Below, one piece after another: positions 45,334-56,062 of a stretch of DNA of 64,000 bases. The notes under the pieces were generated by a model. It was given only the letters and a program-made list of their open reading frames with translations, searched no databases and was not told the origin of the DNA. The position numbers were made by a program, and so were the translations under genes. Source of the stretch: Calditrichia bacterium (GTDB lineage: Bacteria; Calditrichota; Calditrichia; JAJRVZ01); NCBI GenBank assembly GCA_963796965.1, contig CAWCNS010000006.1, positions 448,001-512,000 on the forward strand. Reading direction: 5' to 3'. The number at the start of each line of letters is the position of its first letter. Position 1 is the stretch's first letter.

Positions 45334-45948
45334 ATGAAGGAAGATCTTCCGTTTTCATTGGGTAGAGTGATAATTTTATTTACTTTTTTATTTATAATTT
45401 ATCCAGAATCCAATTTACTTTTTGCCTCTGAAACCTCGCTTCCCTTTTCCAAAATTGCACTAAGATTTAATGGTGCTCATAATTCAAATCAGAACATATT
45501 TCACGAATTCTGGGAACCGGAATTTGGTGCAGAATTTATTGTTGAAATGCCTTTTTATTTGGCTGAGATCCAGGGAGGAATCCACCTTTATCCCTATAGC
45601 GGACGGTCTGAATATCAACCAGATTTTTTGAGTGTTTTTATATTTATCGGATGGGGAGCTGATATTGACCTTTATAGAAAACTAAGTTGGTATAATGGCA
45701 TACAGATTGGCAGTTATCAAATGTCATTTGATGACAGTGATATACATGAATCACAGGCATTGGAAAGTGAATTGGGGGTAGGATTTAATACCCGATTTGA
45801 ATTTAGATGGTCAAAGTCATGGTCAGTTCAGACGGGGGCTGCCTATATGTATATCTATACAAAAAAACCGATTGAACTCTTTATGATTACTGCCGGATTG
45901 TCATATACCTTTGATACACCGATTTGGTTAACGGAATTTTTAAAATGA
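45334..45948 (+). CDS. Small outer-membrane beta-barrel protein
   Basis: AAGGAG RBS, signal-like N-terminus, amphipathic strands, 'AGLSYTF'. Confidence 0.6.
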   Translation: MKEDLPFSLGRVIILFTFLFIIYPESNLLFASETSLPFSKIALRFNGAHNSNQNIFHEFWEPEFGAEFIVEMPFYLAEIQGGIHLYPYSGRSEYQPDFLSVFIFIGWGADIDLYRKLSWYNGIQIGSYQMSFDDSDIHESQALESELGVGFNTRFEFRWSKSWSVQTGAAYMYIYTKKPIELFMITAGLSYTFDTPIWLTEFLK

Positions 45949-47903
45949 GAGGAATAATCACTGCGATAATTATTTTTCTGTTTTTGTTGCCAGCTTACGC
46001 GCTTTCAGCAGGTGAACAAAACGGTCAATTAAAACATACTCTTTATCGAAATCAGTTAAATCATGCTGGTTTGGTTCGGCTTTCAGATATTCTGTCTTTG
46101 ATTGATGAGTTTGATTATTTTTCGATTGATGGGTTCACCTGGCAAGCAACTCTTAAAGATTTTGATCTGTATCAGCAGCAAAACTGGATTTTAATGGTAA
46201 ATGATCAAACCATTCAAACTAAATTGTTTGATACAATCGAACTGAATCTTCTACCCTTTAGTACTGATCATATTGATTCTATAGATGTATTTATTTTCCC
46301 TCAACTAATTAATTCTGAGTTCTCTGATAAAGGTATCATACATATACATACAAAAAAAATTGAGCAGGGCGTTACATTACAAGGCCAGCTTACAGCGGGA
46401 AATAGAACAGGGGATCCCGGTCCCTGGCGCTATACAGAATATTGGAGTGAAAACATTGATCGTATAGCTGCTGATGAATCTTATTGGTTAGCTTATGCGG
46501 ACTCAAATGTTAACGTAGGCTTTGGACATTATGTTCAAGTCTATTATCCTACAGATCCGCGAATGACTGATAGGTTAAGAGATATTTATACTGAACACAA
46601 TCCTTATATAAGTAGTAAATCCTATATGTTTAAAGCCGGTTTATCAAAGGCATTTAGCCGCCCACAATTTGAAGTTTTTCAAACAACAATGGAAGATCTT
46701 TATTTTTTTAAACCGGCGGGCCGCGAAATACCTACAAATCAAGATTTTACATTTATGGGATTATCAGGAGGAGAAGAACTATCAGGAGGATTTAATTTTA
46801 GATATAGACTGTTCTATCAGAAACACAAACTTGAAAAACGTCCAAATAAATATAACTATGATTTTGATTGGGGAGTAGAGGAATTTGGAGGGGATATACA
46901 ATCAGGGTTTTATAATAAATATGGCAGGTCTCAACTAGGTGTTGGAGTTAAGCAAATTCAGGCAAATACAGGATATGATTTATCACAAAGGTATCTCTCC
47001 AGTGGAAAAGTCTATGGATCCTATCAATATTTTGGTTTTACGGGTCATTCACCGGGTATATCAGGGATGTATGAGTTCGGTGATGCAGGAAGAGTGATCA
47101 ACTTGTCTATCAAAGATAAATTCCAGACATCAGATTTTTGGGCCTTAACCGGTGTATTTTCATTCTCAGAAACAAGTATCCTGGAAGAAAATACACTTTG
47201 GTATTGGTCTGAAAGCGGCTACGATATTGTATCGGATCTTGGTGGTTCATACGAGATTGAGGGAACATTATTGCCGGCAAAACAATGGACGTTTGATCTG
47301 TTATTAACGAGGACAGGAGAAAAATGGCAGGCTTTTGAGGGAGGGGTTTCATTCCGCCGCTTTATATCTAAAAATTGGGAAGTACAACCACTAATATATG
47401 ATCCTGAACATAAAACCACTTCTGGTAAAGTAATGATCAAAACAGTTCAGTCTAACAGTCGGGGACGGCTCTTTTTGAAGTTGAATTACCGCGGTCCTGA
47501 TCCTATTAGTCATCATTTGTACTACCATTATTCAACGACATTAGAGACAACCTCACAAATGCAGGATCTATGGAAATCTGTACCTGAACATCGTGCCATC
47601 TACCGGATCACTTACAATCCTGTTGAAAGTTTTTCAATTTGGTCTATGTTTAAATATCAATCATCGGTTTTTTGGTATGATTATCATAATGTGGAAGAAC
47701 AGAGTCTGGGCAAATATTCAGCCCAATTATCGGATATTATTACCTTTGACCTTGCTATAAATAAATGGCTATGGGATAAGAGAATTAAAATCGATGTTAT
47801 CTTTAGAAATATATTTAACCGGGAAAGCATTTATTTCCCTATAGGGGCATCTTTAGATTTACGTTTTTATGCCCAGGCAGAATTCTACTTTAATTTTCTG
47901 TAA
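45945..47903 (+). CDS. Divergent TonB-dependent receptor-like outer-membrane protein
   Basis: Signal peptide; plug-like 'L..AG..RLSDIL...IDSIDV...G.IHIHTK'; barrel end 'RNIFN' with an aromatic C-terminus. Confidence 0.6.
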   Translation: MRGIITAIIIFLFLLPAYALSAGEQNGQLKHTLYRNQLNHAGLVRLSDILSLIDEFDYFSIDGFTWQATLKDFDLYQQQNWILMVNDQTIQTKLFDTIELNLLPFSTDHIDSIDVFIFPQLINSEFSDKGIIHIHTKKIEQGVTLQGQLTAGNRTGDPGPWRYTEYWSENIDRIAADESYWLAYADSNVNVGFGHYVQVYYPTDPRMTDRLRDIYTEHNPYISSKSYMFKAGLSKAFSRPQFEVFQTTMEDLYFFKPAGREIPTNQDFTFMGLSGGEELSGGFNFRYRLFYQKHKLEKRPNKYNYDFDWGVEEFGGDIQSGFYNKYGRSQLGVGVKQIQANTGYDLSQRYLSSGKVYGSYQYFGFTGHSPGISGMYEFGDAGRVINLSIKDKFQTSDFWALTGVFSFSETSILEENTLWYWSESGYDIVSDLGGSYEIEGTLLPAKQWTFDLLLTRTGEKWQAFEGGVSFRRFISKNWEVQPLIYDPEHKTTSGKVMIKTVQSNSRGRLFLKLNYRGPDPISHHLYYHYSTTLETTSQMQDLWKSVPEHRAIYRITYNPVESFSIWSMFKYQSSVFWYDYHNVEEQSLGKYSAQLSDIITFDLAINKWLWDKRIKIDVIFRNIFNRESIYFPIGASLDLRFYAQAEFYFNFL

Positions 47904-48028
47904 ATTTCTGTCATTAGTCATCATAATTAAAAAATTTACCACAGAATTACACGGACCAATTAAAATCCTAATTTATTTATCAAGGTGCGTGTCTATCTAT
48001 GGTTCAGCAATTTTATTTGGAGAAGTAA

Positions 48029-49678
48029 ATGGGTGTTCATGCAAGGGCCGGAAAACCGGCGATTCAGGAAAATCTGACCAATATACCACAACTGGTAGCG
48101 GCTTACTATACCAATAAGCCAGATGCTGGAGAGCGATCACAAAAAATCACATTTGGCACATCGGGCCATCGCGGTTCATCATTAAAAACCACATTTAATG
48201 AAGATCACATTCTGGCTATTTGTCAGTCAGTCAGCGAAGTCAGGCGCGCTAATGGTATCACAGGACCTTTATTCATTGGTAAAGATACCCATGCACTTTC
48301 AGAGCCGGCCTTCCTGACAGCTATTGAAGTCTTTGCTGCAAATGAGATTCCCCTGATGATTGATGAGAAGATGGGTTATACCCCAACACCAGTCATTTCC
48401 CATGCGATATTAACCTATAATGCTAAACAGAGCGATTCATTTGCTGATGGGGTCGTGATTACGCCCTCACATAATCCACCTGAAGATGGCGGATTTAAAT
48501 ATAATCCTCCCAATGGGGGCCCGGCAGAATCGGGTATTACTAAAATGATCGAAGAGCGGGCCAATGATATTATCAAAGGTGGTCTCAGGGATGTGCGGCG
48601 TGTTTCAGTTGAAAAAGGCTTGGCAAAGCTCACGACCAAACGTTATGACTTTATTACACCCTATATAAAGGATCTTGAAAATGTTGTAGATATGGACGTA
48701 ATTGCTTCCGCAAAAGTAAAAATTGGAGTTGATCCCATGGGCGGGGCTGGTATTGCTTATTGGGAACCCCTTTCAGACTTCTATCATCTTGATATCGAAG
48801 TGGTTAACAATAAAATTGACCCGACATTTGCATTTATGACGTTAGATAGAGATGGTAAGATCAGAATGGATTGTTCCTCTCCTTATGCAATGCGTAGCTT
48901 AATTAATCTTAAAGATAAATTTGATATAGCTTTTGGCAATGATCCCGATTATGATCGTCACGGAATTGTTACAAAAAATGGAGGGCTTCTTAATCCAAAT
49001 CATTATCTCAGTGTGGCAATAAATTATCTGTTTACAAATCGTAGAAAGTGGTCTTCAAACGCTGCCATAGGAAAAACGCTTGTTTCAAGTGCCATGATTG
49101 ATAAGGTGGGATACGATCTTAAGAAGAGGGTTGTTGAGGTACCGGTGGGGTTCAAATGGTTTGTAGACGGATTGGCAACCGGTGAATTTGGATTTGGCGG
49201 AGAGGAAAGTGCCGGTGCATCATTCCTAAGAATGAATGGAGATGTTTGGACAACAGATAAGGACGGAATTATTATGGATCTATTGGCGGCAGAGATCACA
49301 GCTAAAACAGAGATGGATCCTGCCATACATTATCAAGATCTCCAGAAAAAATTCGGGGAACCTGTCTATGAAAGAATAGATGCTCCTGCAGGACAGGATG
49401 AAAAAAAAGTGCTTGCAAACCTAAAGCCAGAACTCATTAAAGCAGATAACCTTGCCGGAGAAAAGATAATTACAAAATTAACCCATGCCCCGGGCAATAA
49501 GGCACCCATTGGTGGGTTAAAAGTTACAACTGAGAATGGGTGGTTTGCCGCGAGACCTTCAGGTACGGAAGATATATATAAAATCTATGCGGAAAGTTTT
49601 ATAGGAAAAGACCATCTTGCTCAAATTCAGGAGGAAGCACAAGAAATTGTAAACACTGCTCTTCGAGCATTTGGTTAG
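48029..49678 (+). CDS. pgm: Phosphoglucomutase
   Basis: 'FGTSGHRG', 'TPSHNPP', 'NDPDYDRHG', 'GEESAG', 'ARPSGTE'. Confidence 0.95.
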   Translation: MGVHARAGKPAIQENLTNIPQLVAAYYTNKPDAGERSQKITFGTSGHRGSSLKTTFNEDHILAICQSVSEVRRANGITGPLFIGKDTHALSEPAFLTAIEVFAANEIPLMIDEKMGYTPTPVISHAILTYNAKQSDSFADGVVITPSHNPPEDGGFKYNPPNGGPAESGITKMIEERANDIIKGGLRDVRRVSVEKGLAKLTTKRYDFITPYIKDLENVVDMDVIASAKVKIGVDPMGGAGIAYWEPLSDFYHLDIEVVNNKIDPTFAFMTLDRDGKIRMDCSSPYAMRSLINLKDKFDIAFGNDPDYDRHGIVTKNGGLLNPNHYLSVAINYLFTNRRKWSSNAAIGKTLVSSAMIDKVGYDLKKRVVEVPVGFKWFVDGLATGEFGFGGEESAGASFLRMNGDVWTTDKDGIIMDLLAAEITAKTEMDPAIHYQDLQKKFGEPVYERIDAPAGQDEKKVLANLKPELIKADNLAGEKIITKLTHAPGNKAPIGGLKVTTENGWFAARPSGTEDIYKIYAESFIGKDHLAQIQEEAQEIVNTALRAFG

Positions 49679-49715
49679 TTAAATGAATGAATAATATTTC
49701 CAGAAAGAATAATTG

Positions 49716-50177
49716 CTATAAATAAGATTCAAGAGTACTATTTTCGAAAGACCTGGCCAGCTGTTGTTCAGCATCAACAATTTTCATTTTATGAAACAGA
49801 CATCCGTTTTTTAAACAACCCTCAATGATTCCACCCTTCGGTAGATGAAATACGAACATCGGTGATGAACATAACTGACATGTTTCAGAGGGATCAGTCA
49901 GACTTACCCCACACTCGGTACAAAAAAATTCTGCCAGACCACCCTTGGGCATTGCAATTCCTTCGAAAATATTGTCATAACTGCCATAGATCGGATCTAA
50001 ATATAAAAGCCCTTCTTTATCTTTATATTTAACCTTCACTTTAATTGCCGGATGATCGTGAATTTTTACAGAATCATCACAACATAAAAGGTGGCCGTTG
50101 GGACACGTGGCGTGTTTAACATTCAGCTGATGTGAAGACACCTCTACCTCAATCTGAACTTTTTCCTTATTGGGCAT
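49716..50177 (-). CDS. Cys-rich hypothetical protein (probably metal-binding)
   Basis: CPNGH, CTECG, CQLC and CLKNGC..H motifs. Confidence 0.65.
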   Translation of the reverse strand: MPNKEKVQIEVEVSSHQLNVKHATCPNGHLLCCDDSVKIHDHPAIKVKVKYKDKEGLLYLDPIYGSYDNIFEGIAMPKGGLAEFFCTECGVSLTDPSETCQLCSSPMFVFHLPKGGIIEGCLKNGCLFHKMKIVDAEQQLARSFENSTLESYL

Positions 50178-50414
50178 CTTAAACTCCCTGATTTTTGAAT
50201 AATATATTAAATCTTTTACTCTGTTGCTACAATTTAATATACACAGAATGATTCAAAATGTTTCTTATGAATAATTAATTCAGACAAATTAATTTTCAAT
50301 CGATTATAATTTCCAAAGATAGGTTATTGATAAAACCGTTAAAATTTTACAAATTCGTAATTCGGGTATAATATTAACATTATAATTGGTGTTAGGGAGT
50401 TAAAAGAAAATTTT

Positions 50415-51326
50415 ATGAAATCATATAAAAAATTAGCACCGCTATTTGTTGTCCTGGGAGCCAGCCTCTGGGGTGTTGATGGAATTGTACTCAGGCCGAC
50501 ACTTTTTACTCTTCCCGTCTCGTTGGTCGTTTTTTTAGAAAGTGCGATTGTTGCTGTATTGTTGACACCGCTATTTGTCAAACGATTTTCGTCATTTCGG
50601 AATCTGGAAGTGGGTGATTGGCTGGCTTTAGCAGGGGTTGCCATATTTGGTGGTGCTTTGGGTACTATGGCCATAACCCGGGCGTTGTTTTTTGTTAATT
50701 ATGTGAATTTGTCAATTGTCATCCTGATCCAAAAACTCCAACCGGCCTTTGCCATTATATTTGCTATGCTACTTTTACGTGAAAAACCGGCCAAAATATT
50801 CTATCTATGGTCTGGCCTGGCTGTTTTTGGGGCTTATTTTCTTACCTTTGGTATGAAACTACCTGTGATAGATTCCGGTGATAAAACTGCTATTGCCGCT
50901 TTATTTGCCCTTATCGCCGCCATCAGTTTTGCTGCTTCCACGGTTTTAAGCAAAAGAGCATTACGCAATATTGACTATCGGAACGGAACTTACCTGCGGT
51001 TTTTAATCACCGCCATACTGATGTTAATCATTGTAACCTTTCAAAAAGATATTTCATCTGTAACAGAGGTAACTCAGAATCAGTGGATAATATTTTTTGT
51101 CATTGCTTTTACGTCAGGTGGCACCGCCATTTTTTTCTATTATTACGGACTGAAAGAAATATCTGCCTCCGTTGCCACCATCTGCGAATTGGCTTTTCCA
51201 CTAACAGCTGTAGTTTTAGAATATATATTACGAGGGAATGTATTAGATTGGTTCCAGTGGTTTGGGGCGATTTTGCTTGTAATTAGTATTATGCAGGTTT
51301 CAAGATTGAATAGTGAGGAAAAGTGA
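50415..51326 (+). CDS. EamA/DMT-family transporter
   Basis: 10-TM pattern; 'QKLQP.FA..FA.LLLRE', 'YYGLK.ISASVATICEL.FP'. Confidence 0.88.
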   Translation: MKSYKKLAPLFVVLGASLWGVDGIVLRPTLFTLPVSLVVFLESAIVAVLLTPLFVKRFSSFRNLEVGDWLALAGVAIFGGALGTMAITRALFFVNYVNLSIVILIQKLQPAFAIIFAMLLLREKPAKIFYLWSGLAVFGAYFLTFGMKLPVIDSGDKTAIAALFALIAAISFAASTVLSKRALRNIDYRNGTYLRFLITAILMLIIVTFQKDISSVTEVTQNQWIIFFVIAFTSGGTAIFFYYYGLKEISASVATICELAFPLTAVVLEYILRGNVLDWFQWFGAILLVISIMQVSRLNSEEK

Positions 51327-51661
51327 AAAAAAACAGAAAAAAAATCGATTGGACAAATCATAATATAATATCAGATTTTAAATTAAAGCATGAAATTATC
51401 GGCTATTATCAGACTTTGATCGACAAGAACATGAAAGAAGATGTATACAATAATTATATCGACGATTATGCAGTACCTTATGTTTATGAAAATCTTGATT
51501 TCCTGAATCAAAAGTTGATTAATAAAAAAGTATTGAGGGAGAAAAAATTTCATAACCTGATTCTTGGTTATTATGCCCTTCTGGTTCAAAATCTGGAAAC
51601 GTATAAGACTATCTATGAGAAGGCGGGTGTGTTAAAGGACCGTATTTCATCTTTTAATTGA
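51323..51661 (+). CDS. Hypothetical helical protein, possibly a gene fragment
   Basis: 112-aa ORF overlapping the upstream stop codon; no recognisable motif. Confidence 0.35.
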   Translation: MKKNRKKIDWTNHNIISDFKLKHEIIGYYQTLIDKNMKEDVYNNYIDDYAVPYVYENLDFLNQKLINKKVLREKKFHNLILGYYALLVQNLETYKTIYEKAGVLKDRISSFN

Positions 51662-51704
51662 AGGACTTTGTACTCCCCATATATGGTACATTTCGGGTCC
51701 ATTC

Positions 51705-53423
51705 TCATTTTTCCTCAAAGTCGTATATTTTCCCCCCAACAATTGTAGAAACAACTTTTGTCTTTAAAATTTCATTCTCGGGTATTGTCATGATGTCTTT
51801 ATCAAGAATGACCATATCTGCTAGCTTGCCTGGCGTAAGAGAGCCTTTAATTTCTTCTTCAAAGGCAGCAAATGCGCCATTAATTGTATAGGATCGCAAG
51901 GCTTCCTGGCGGGTCATACATTGATCAGGATAAAATTGGGATCCATCCGGGAGTTTTCGGGTGATTGCGGCATAGAAATTTGCCATCGTATTTATGTCTT
52001 CAACGGGTGCATCGGTCCCGTTACAAATATATGCACCAGCCTCCGTTAACTTCTTCCATACATAGGCACCTTCTTTACTCCGCTTTTCTCCCAGTCTTTT
52101 AGGGACCCAGGGTCCATCCGATGTACAATGTACAGATTGCATAGCGGCAATTACACCCAGCTCCTTAAATCTTGGAATATCAGTTATAGCAAGATGTTGG
52201 GCATGTTCAATTCGCCAACGTAAATCCTTTTTTTCCGGATCGATTTTAGAAATCTCTTCATATATATTCAACGTTTCCTGATTTCCACGATCGCCAATGG
52301 CATGGGTGCAAAGTTGAAAACCATTCTCGTAAGCAATTTTTGCAGCCTCCTGCATTTCGCTTATAGCAGTGGTTGGTAAGCCATTGCTTGATGGCAAATC
52401 AGAGTATGGTTTAAGCAACCATGCCCCGCGTGCACCGAGGGCTCCATCCATATATCGTTTGATCGCCCGGACAGTTAATTGATTATTGCCATAGCCAAGA
52501 ATTTTATAATTAGAAATATCCTTTTTCAAATTGTCATTATCTTCACCCAACATTACCCAAAGACGAATGGCCAGTTGCCCCTGGTCACTCATTTTTTTGT
52601 AGAAATCCACTCGTTTAAATGTAGCGCCTGCATCGTGAAAACTGGTTATACCATTTGTTAGGCAAGCTGTCATAGCAGCCTCAAGAGCTTGACGGTCATA
52701 GCTTTCGATCTCTTCGGCACTTCTGTTTTTTTGAGATTCTGCTAATTGCTTGTAAATAAGTTCTTCTGCCGTTTCCAGGAAGACACCTGTGGGATTGCCC
52801 TTGTTATCCCGAATAATACGGCCACCTGGAGGATCAGGGGTGGTTTTATCCACGCCACAAAGTTCGAGTGTCATTTGATTTGTCATCATCGCGTGTCCAC
52901 TGGCATGAGTTAAATAGACTGGATTATTTGGTGAAACAGAACTTAAATCTTTATGGATAGGATACCCTTCAATCAGGGGCTGAACAGGCTCATCCCATTT
53001 TTCCTGGTGCCATCCTCTTCCTATAATCCATTCTCCCGGTTGAAGTTTTGAGGCGGCCTCCTTTACCATTAAAAGTAATTCATTCCAATTTTTTGCATGA
53101 GTAAGTTGAAGCCTCAGTTTTGAATAACCCAGGCTCATCAGATGGGCATGAGATTCAATGAATCCAGGGATAACGGTTTTACCTTCTATATTGACCACGG
53201 TAGTGTTATCCGCTATAAAGTCTTCGATCTCGGGGTTGGTGCCAACCGCTAAAATGTGATCATCTTTTATAGCAATGGACTGAAAAACGTTGTTATCTTT
53301 ATCCACAGTGTAGATTTTACCATTTGTCAAAACCAGGTTAGCTTTTTCTGTCCCGTCTTGACAACCCAATAGAATTAGAATACTAACCAGAATTACAGAT
53401 AAATTTGAAAAAAGATTTTTCAT
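51705..53423 (-). CDS. Amidohydrolase_3 (YtcJ-like) lipoprotein
   Basis: Lipobox 'LLGC'; 'PGFIESHAH', 'DGALGARGA', 'HAIGDRG', 'RIEHAQ', 'GTDAPV', 'GKLAD'. Confidence 0.92.
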   Translation of the reverse strand: MKNLFSNLSVILVSILILLGCQDGTEKANLVLTNGKIYTVDKDNNVFQSIAIKDDHILAVGTNPEIEDFIADNTTVVNIEGKTVIPGFIESHAHLMSLGYSKLRLQLTHAKNWNELLLMVKEAASKLQPGEWIIGRGWHQEKWDEPVQPLIEGYPIHKDLSSVSPNNPVYLTHASGHAMMTNQMTLELCGVDKTTPDPPGGRIIRDNKGNPTGVFLETAEELIYKQLAESQKNRSAEEIESYDRQALEAAMTACLTNGITSFHDAGATFKRVDFYKKMSDQGQLAIRLWVMLGEDNDNLKKDISNYKILGYGNNQLTVRAIKRYMDGALGARGAWLLKPYSDLPSSNGLPTTAISEMQEAAKIAYENGFQLCTHAIGDRGNQETLNIYEEISKIDPEKKDLRWRIEHAQHLAITDIPRFKELGVIAAMQSVHCTSDGPWVPKRLGEKRSKEGAYVWKKLTEAGAYICNGTDAPVEDINTMANFYAAITRKLPDGSQFYPDQCMTRQEALRSYTINGAFAAFEEEIKGSLTPGKLADMVILDKDIMTIPENEILKTKVVSTIVGGKIYDFEEK

Positions 53424-53539
53424 TTTAAAATCCTTATAATTGTTTTATAATAAAGATATAAATATTTTAATATAATCGTAACTTTTTTAAGATAATAAAT
53501 TAACTTATCTGAGAATAAGAATCATGATTTCTTAAGGGG

Positions 53540-54289
53540 ATGTTTATGCGATTTTACATGGCAGTAGTTATTGCTCTTCTAATCTCTTTTTGGGGATGTA
53601 AGGACCAAGCCAAGGTATCAAAATTCTCTGAAGGAGTGATGATACTGGAGTGGTCGAAAAATGGAACGGGCAACCATGCTAAGCTTATTGAGGTAGAGGT
53701 CAAAATTGAGATGTTGGAAGAGCAAATTATGACAGAGATATCAGGAGTTATTGAAAAAGTTTTTGTTCAGATAGGAGACACGGTTCATGCCAATGAACCA
53801 TTAGCAAAATATGATGATCAACACCTCAAATCGGATATGAATCGTATAAATGAAATGTTAACTAAATTAAAGGACAATCAAATTAAAAGCAGTGAATTAT
53901 ATGCAAAAAAATTAATAAGTAGGGATGAATTTAATAAACAAAATATAAAATATAACCAGTTGCGAACATCATTCAAGGAGAGTAAGGAAAAACTGGAAAA
54001 ATCAATTATTTATGCATCTACAGATGGTGTTGTTAAGACAACAGTGGTTGGTGCTAATATACCTGTTAAAGAGAATAGCCCCGCTTTCATTTTAATACGA
54101 TTGGATTCAGCGGATGTAAATTTTGTTTTGAATGCTACAATGGAAGAGAAATTTACTGTAGGAGATACATTGATACTCAAAGAAGTTGCTGACGATAAAA
54201 ACACCTTTGATGGCAGATTAATTTCAATAACATCATCAAACCAAAATAAATTAAAGGTGAATAATTTGGTCATTCGTGTAAAAAGATGA
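53540..54289 (+). CDS. Orphan efflux membrane-fusion-protein-like gene, C-terminus apparently degraded
   Basis: 'ISGVIEKVFVQIGDTV', a coiled coil and 'IYASTDGVV'; no adjacent transporter. Confidence 0.6.
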   Translation: MFMRFYMAVVIALLISFWGCKDQAKVSKFSEGVMILEWSKNGTGNHAKLIEVEVKIEMLEEQIMTEISGVIEKVFVQIGDTVHANEPLAKYDDQHLKSDMNRINEMLTKLKDNQIKSSELYAKKLISRDEFNKQNIKYNQLRTSFKESKEKLEKSIIYASTDGVVKTTVVGANIPVKENSPAFILIRLDSADVNFVLNATMEEKFTVGDTLILKEVADDKNTFDGRLISITSSNQNKLKVNNLVIRVKR

Positions 54290-54388
54290 ACAAGATAAAT
54301 GAAGGCAGGCTCCATCTAACTGTAGAAGAAAACGAGTCAGATCAAAATAAGCTATCGGGAACTTAACAAAGTGAGGGATTTCGAATTA

Positions 54389-55949
54389 TTAATCAATACG
54401 ACCTTTTCGACGCCAGCGAAAAGAAGTTATACCCATTTCGGTACTTATCCAGATATGCTTTCCATCTACCTCAAGATGGTACGTATCATTATCAATTAAA
54501 CCATCATCTTTGGTAAACAATCGCCAGTAGTCCTGTTTCCGATCGTATTTTAACAATCCGATATCAGTGGCAAACCAGATCGTGTTTTTTGTTTTTGCAA
54601 TATCTCTGATCTCTGCACCAAGAATAAGTCCTGGAAAACTATGCCATTCATCAGATTTTCTATCCCAATAGGCAATACCGCTTCTATTGGCTATCCATAT
54701 TTCTTTACCAATAACTTCTACTGCTGTAAGGTTATAATCAGGAAGCACTGCCCGTGAGCCATGAAAAATAATTTCTTCTGTAATAGGATCTATCTGATAA
54801 AGACCAAACTTTGTTGCTGCCCATATGGAACTATCATCATGAGACTAACTGATTTACCTGCACATTATCTAGTGTTGTTTCATGGGATTCATGTGGTTCG
54901 AAGGAGGGGAGATTCAGCCAATTAAGTCCATATAGTGTAGCAATATACACTTTGTCCTGGAAAGATAATACATCATAAACCCAGTCACCCTCTAATCCAT
55001 CTCTCGAATCGACTGTTTTCCATTTCATTTTTCTTTTATCCAGAATTGCCAGGCCATGAATTGTTGCAAAAAAAATGTATTTTTCATTTCCATCAATGGC
55101 AAAGACGTCATCTTTGTATAGTTCTGAAATTGAAAAGGCTTCAAAGTATTCCCATAAATCTTCATATTGATCCCAGTGAGCAATGCCAGCAGGAGCGTCA
55201 CTTTTTCTGAGCCCTCCTATCCAGATATCATCACCGTCGATATAAAGATCACGGGGTGAAATATCTGGAATTGATTGTGGCATGGCCTTGAGAAAGGTAT
55301 GATCAAGGTCTGCCATTAATGGTCCATAGCCATCAGAACCAATCCATAACCTTCGCCAGGAATCAGTAATTCTATCAGTAAACTGATATTGACGGTTATA
55401 GCGGTCATAAAAAATTCCTCCCAGGTGATACATAATGGATACGCGGGTAAAAAAATCAGGCAATTCACTATTTGAAGGGCGATAAAGAGGAGGGAAGCGA
55501 AATCTATCATTATTGTTATTGGAGAAACCTGACAAATCTAGTTTAGATGGCATTCTTGAAGGGGGCATGCGAAAATCTGTAGCAGGGCGCCAAAATTTTT
55601 CTGCTGGTCTGTAAACGTCTATTCCCTCGGGTGTTTGCGCGTAAAGGGAGCCATCAGTTTGGTTATACACCACTTTGAAAATGGTATTACTACGAAGGCC
55701 GCTACTGGTAGTGAAGGGAGGTTTCCATTTTTCAGAATATTTATCAAATCGTAAAATTCCTCCGGAACGGCTGCCGAAATAAATGAAATTTTCATCAATA
55801 TCAACAGACGTTATATGTAAAGCTGGTGCATAAGACACCCAGTCGTTAATAGTATACTGTGTGAATCGATCTGCCGACAATTGGTGGATTATCTGTGCCG
55901 GGAGGAAGTTAACAAGTAAAAACAGCAAGAATAATAACTTTGACATCAC
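54389..55949 (-). CDS. Secreted beta-propeller protein (Reg_prop/PorZ-like repeats); +1 frameshift ~54844
   Basis: Repeated 'IW..T..GL', 'DGL.GD.V', 'SGLRSN.I'; the repaired junction reads QLAHDDSSIWAATKFGL. Confidence 0.75.
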
Positions 55950-56062
55950 CGTTTCCCCTGATATGGAGATATGGGCAATGCCCCTGATACCAGGTACATT
56001 GCTCTTATGAGTTGTTTGTCGTTGGTTTAAAGGGAAGATGCAAAAATCCCATCTTTTATTTA

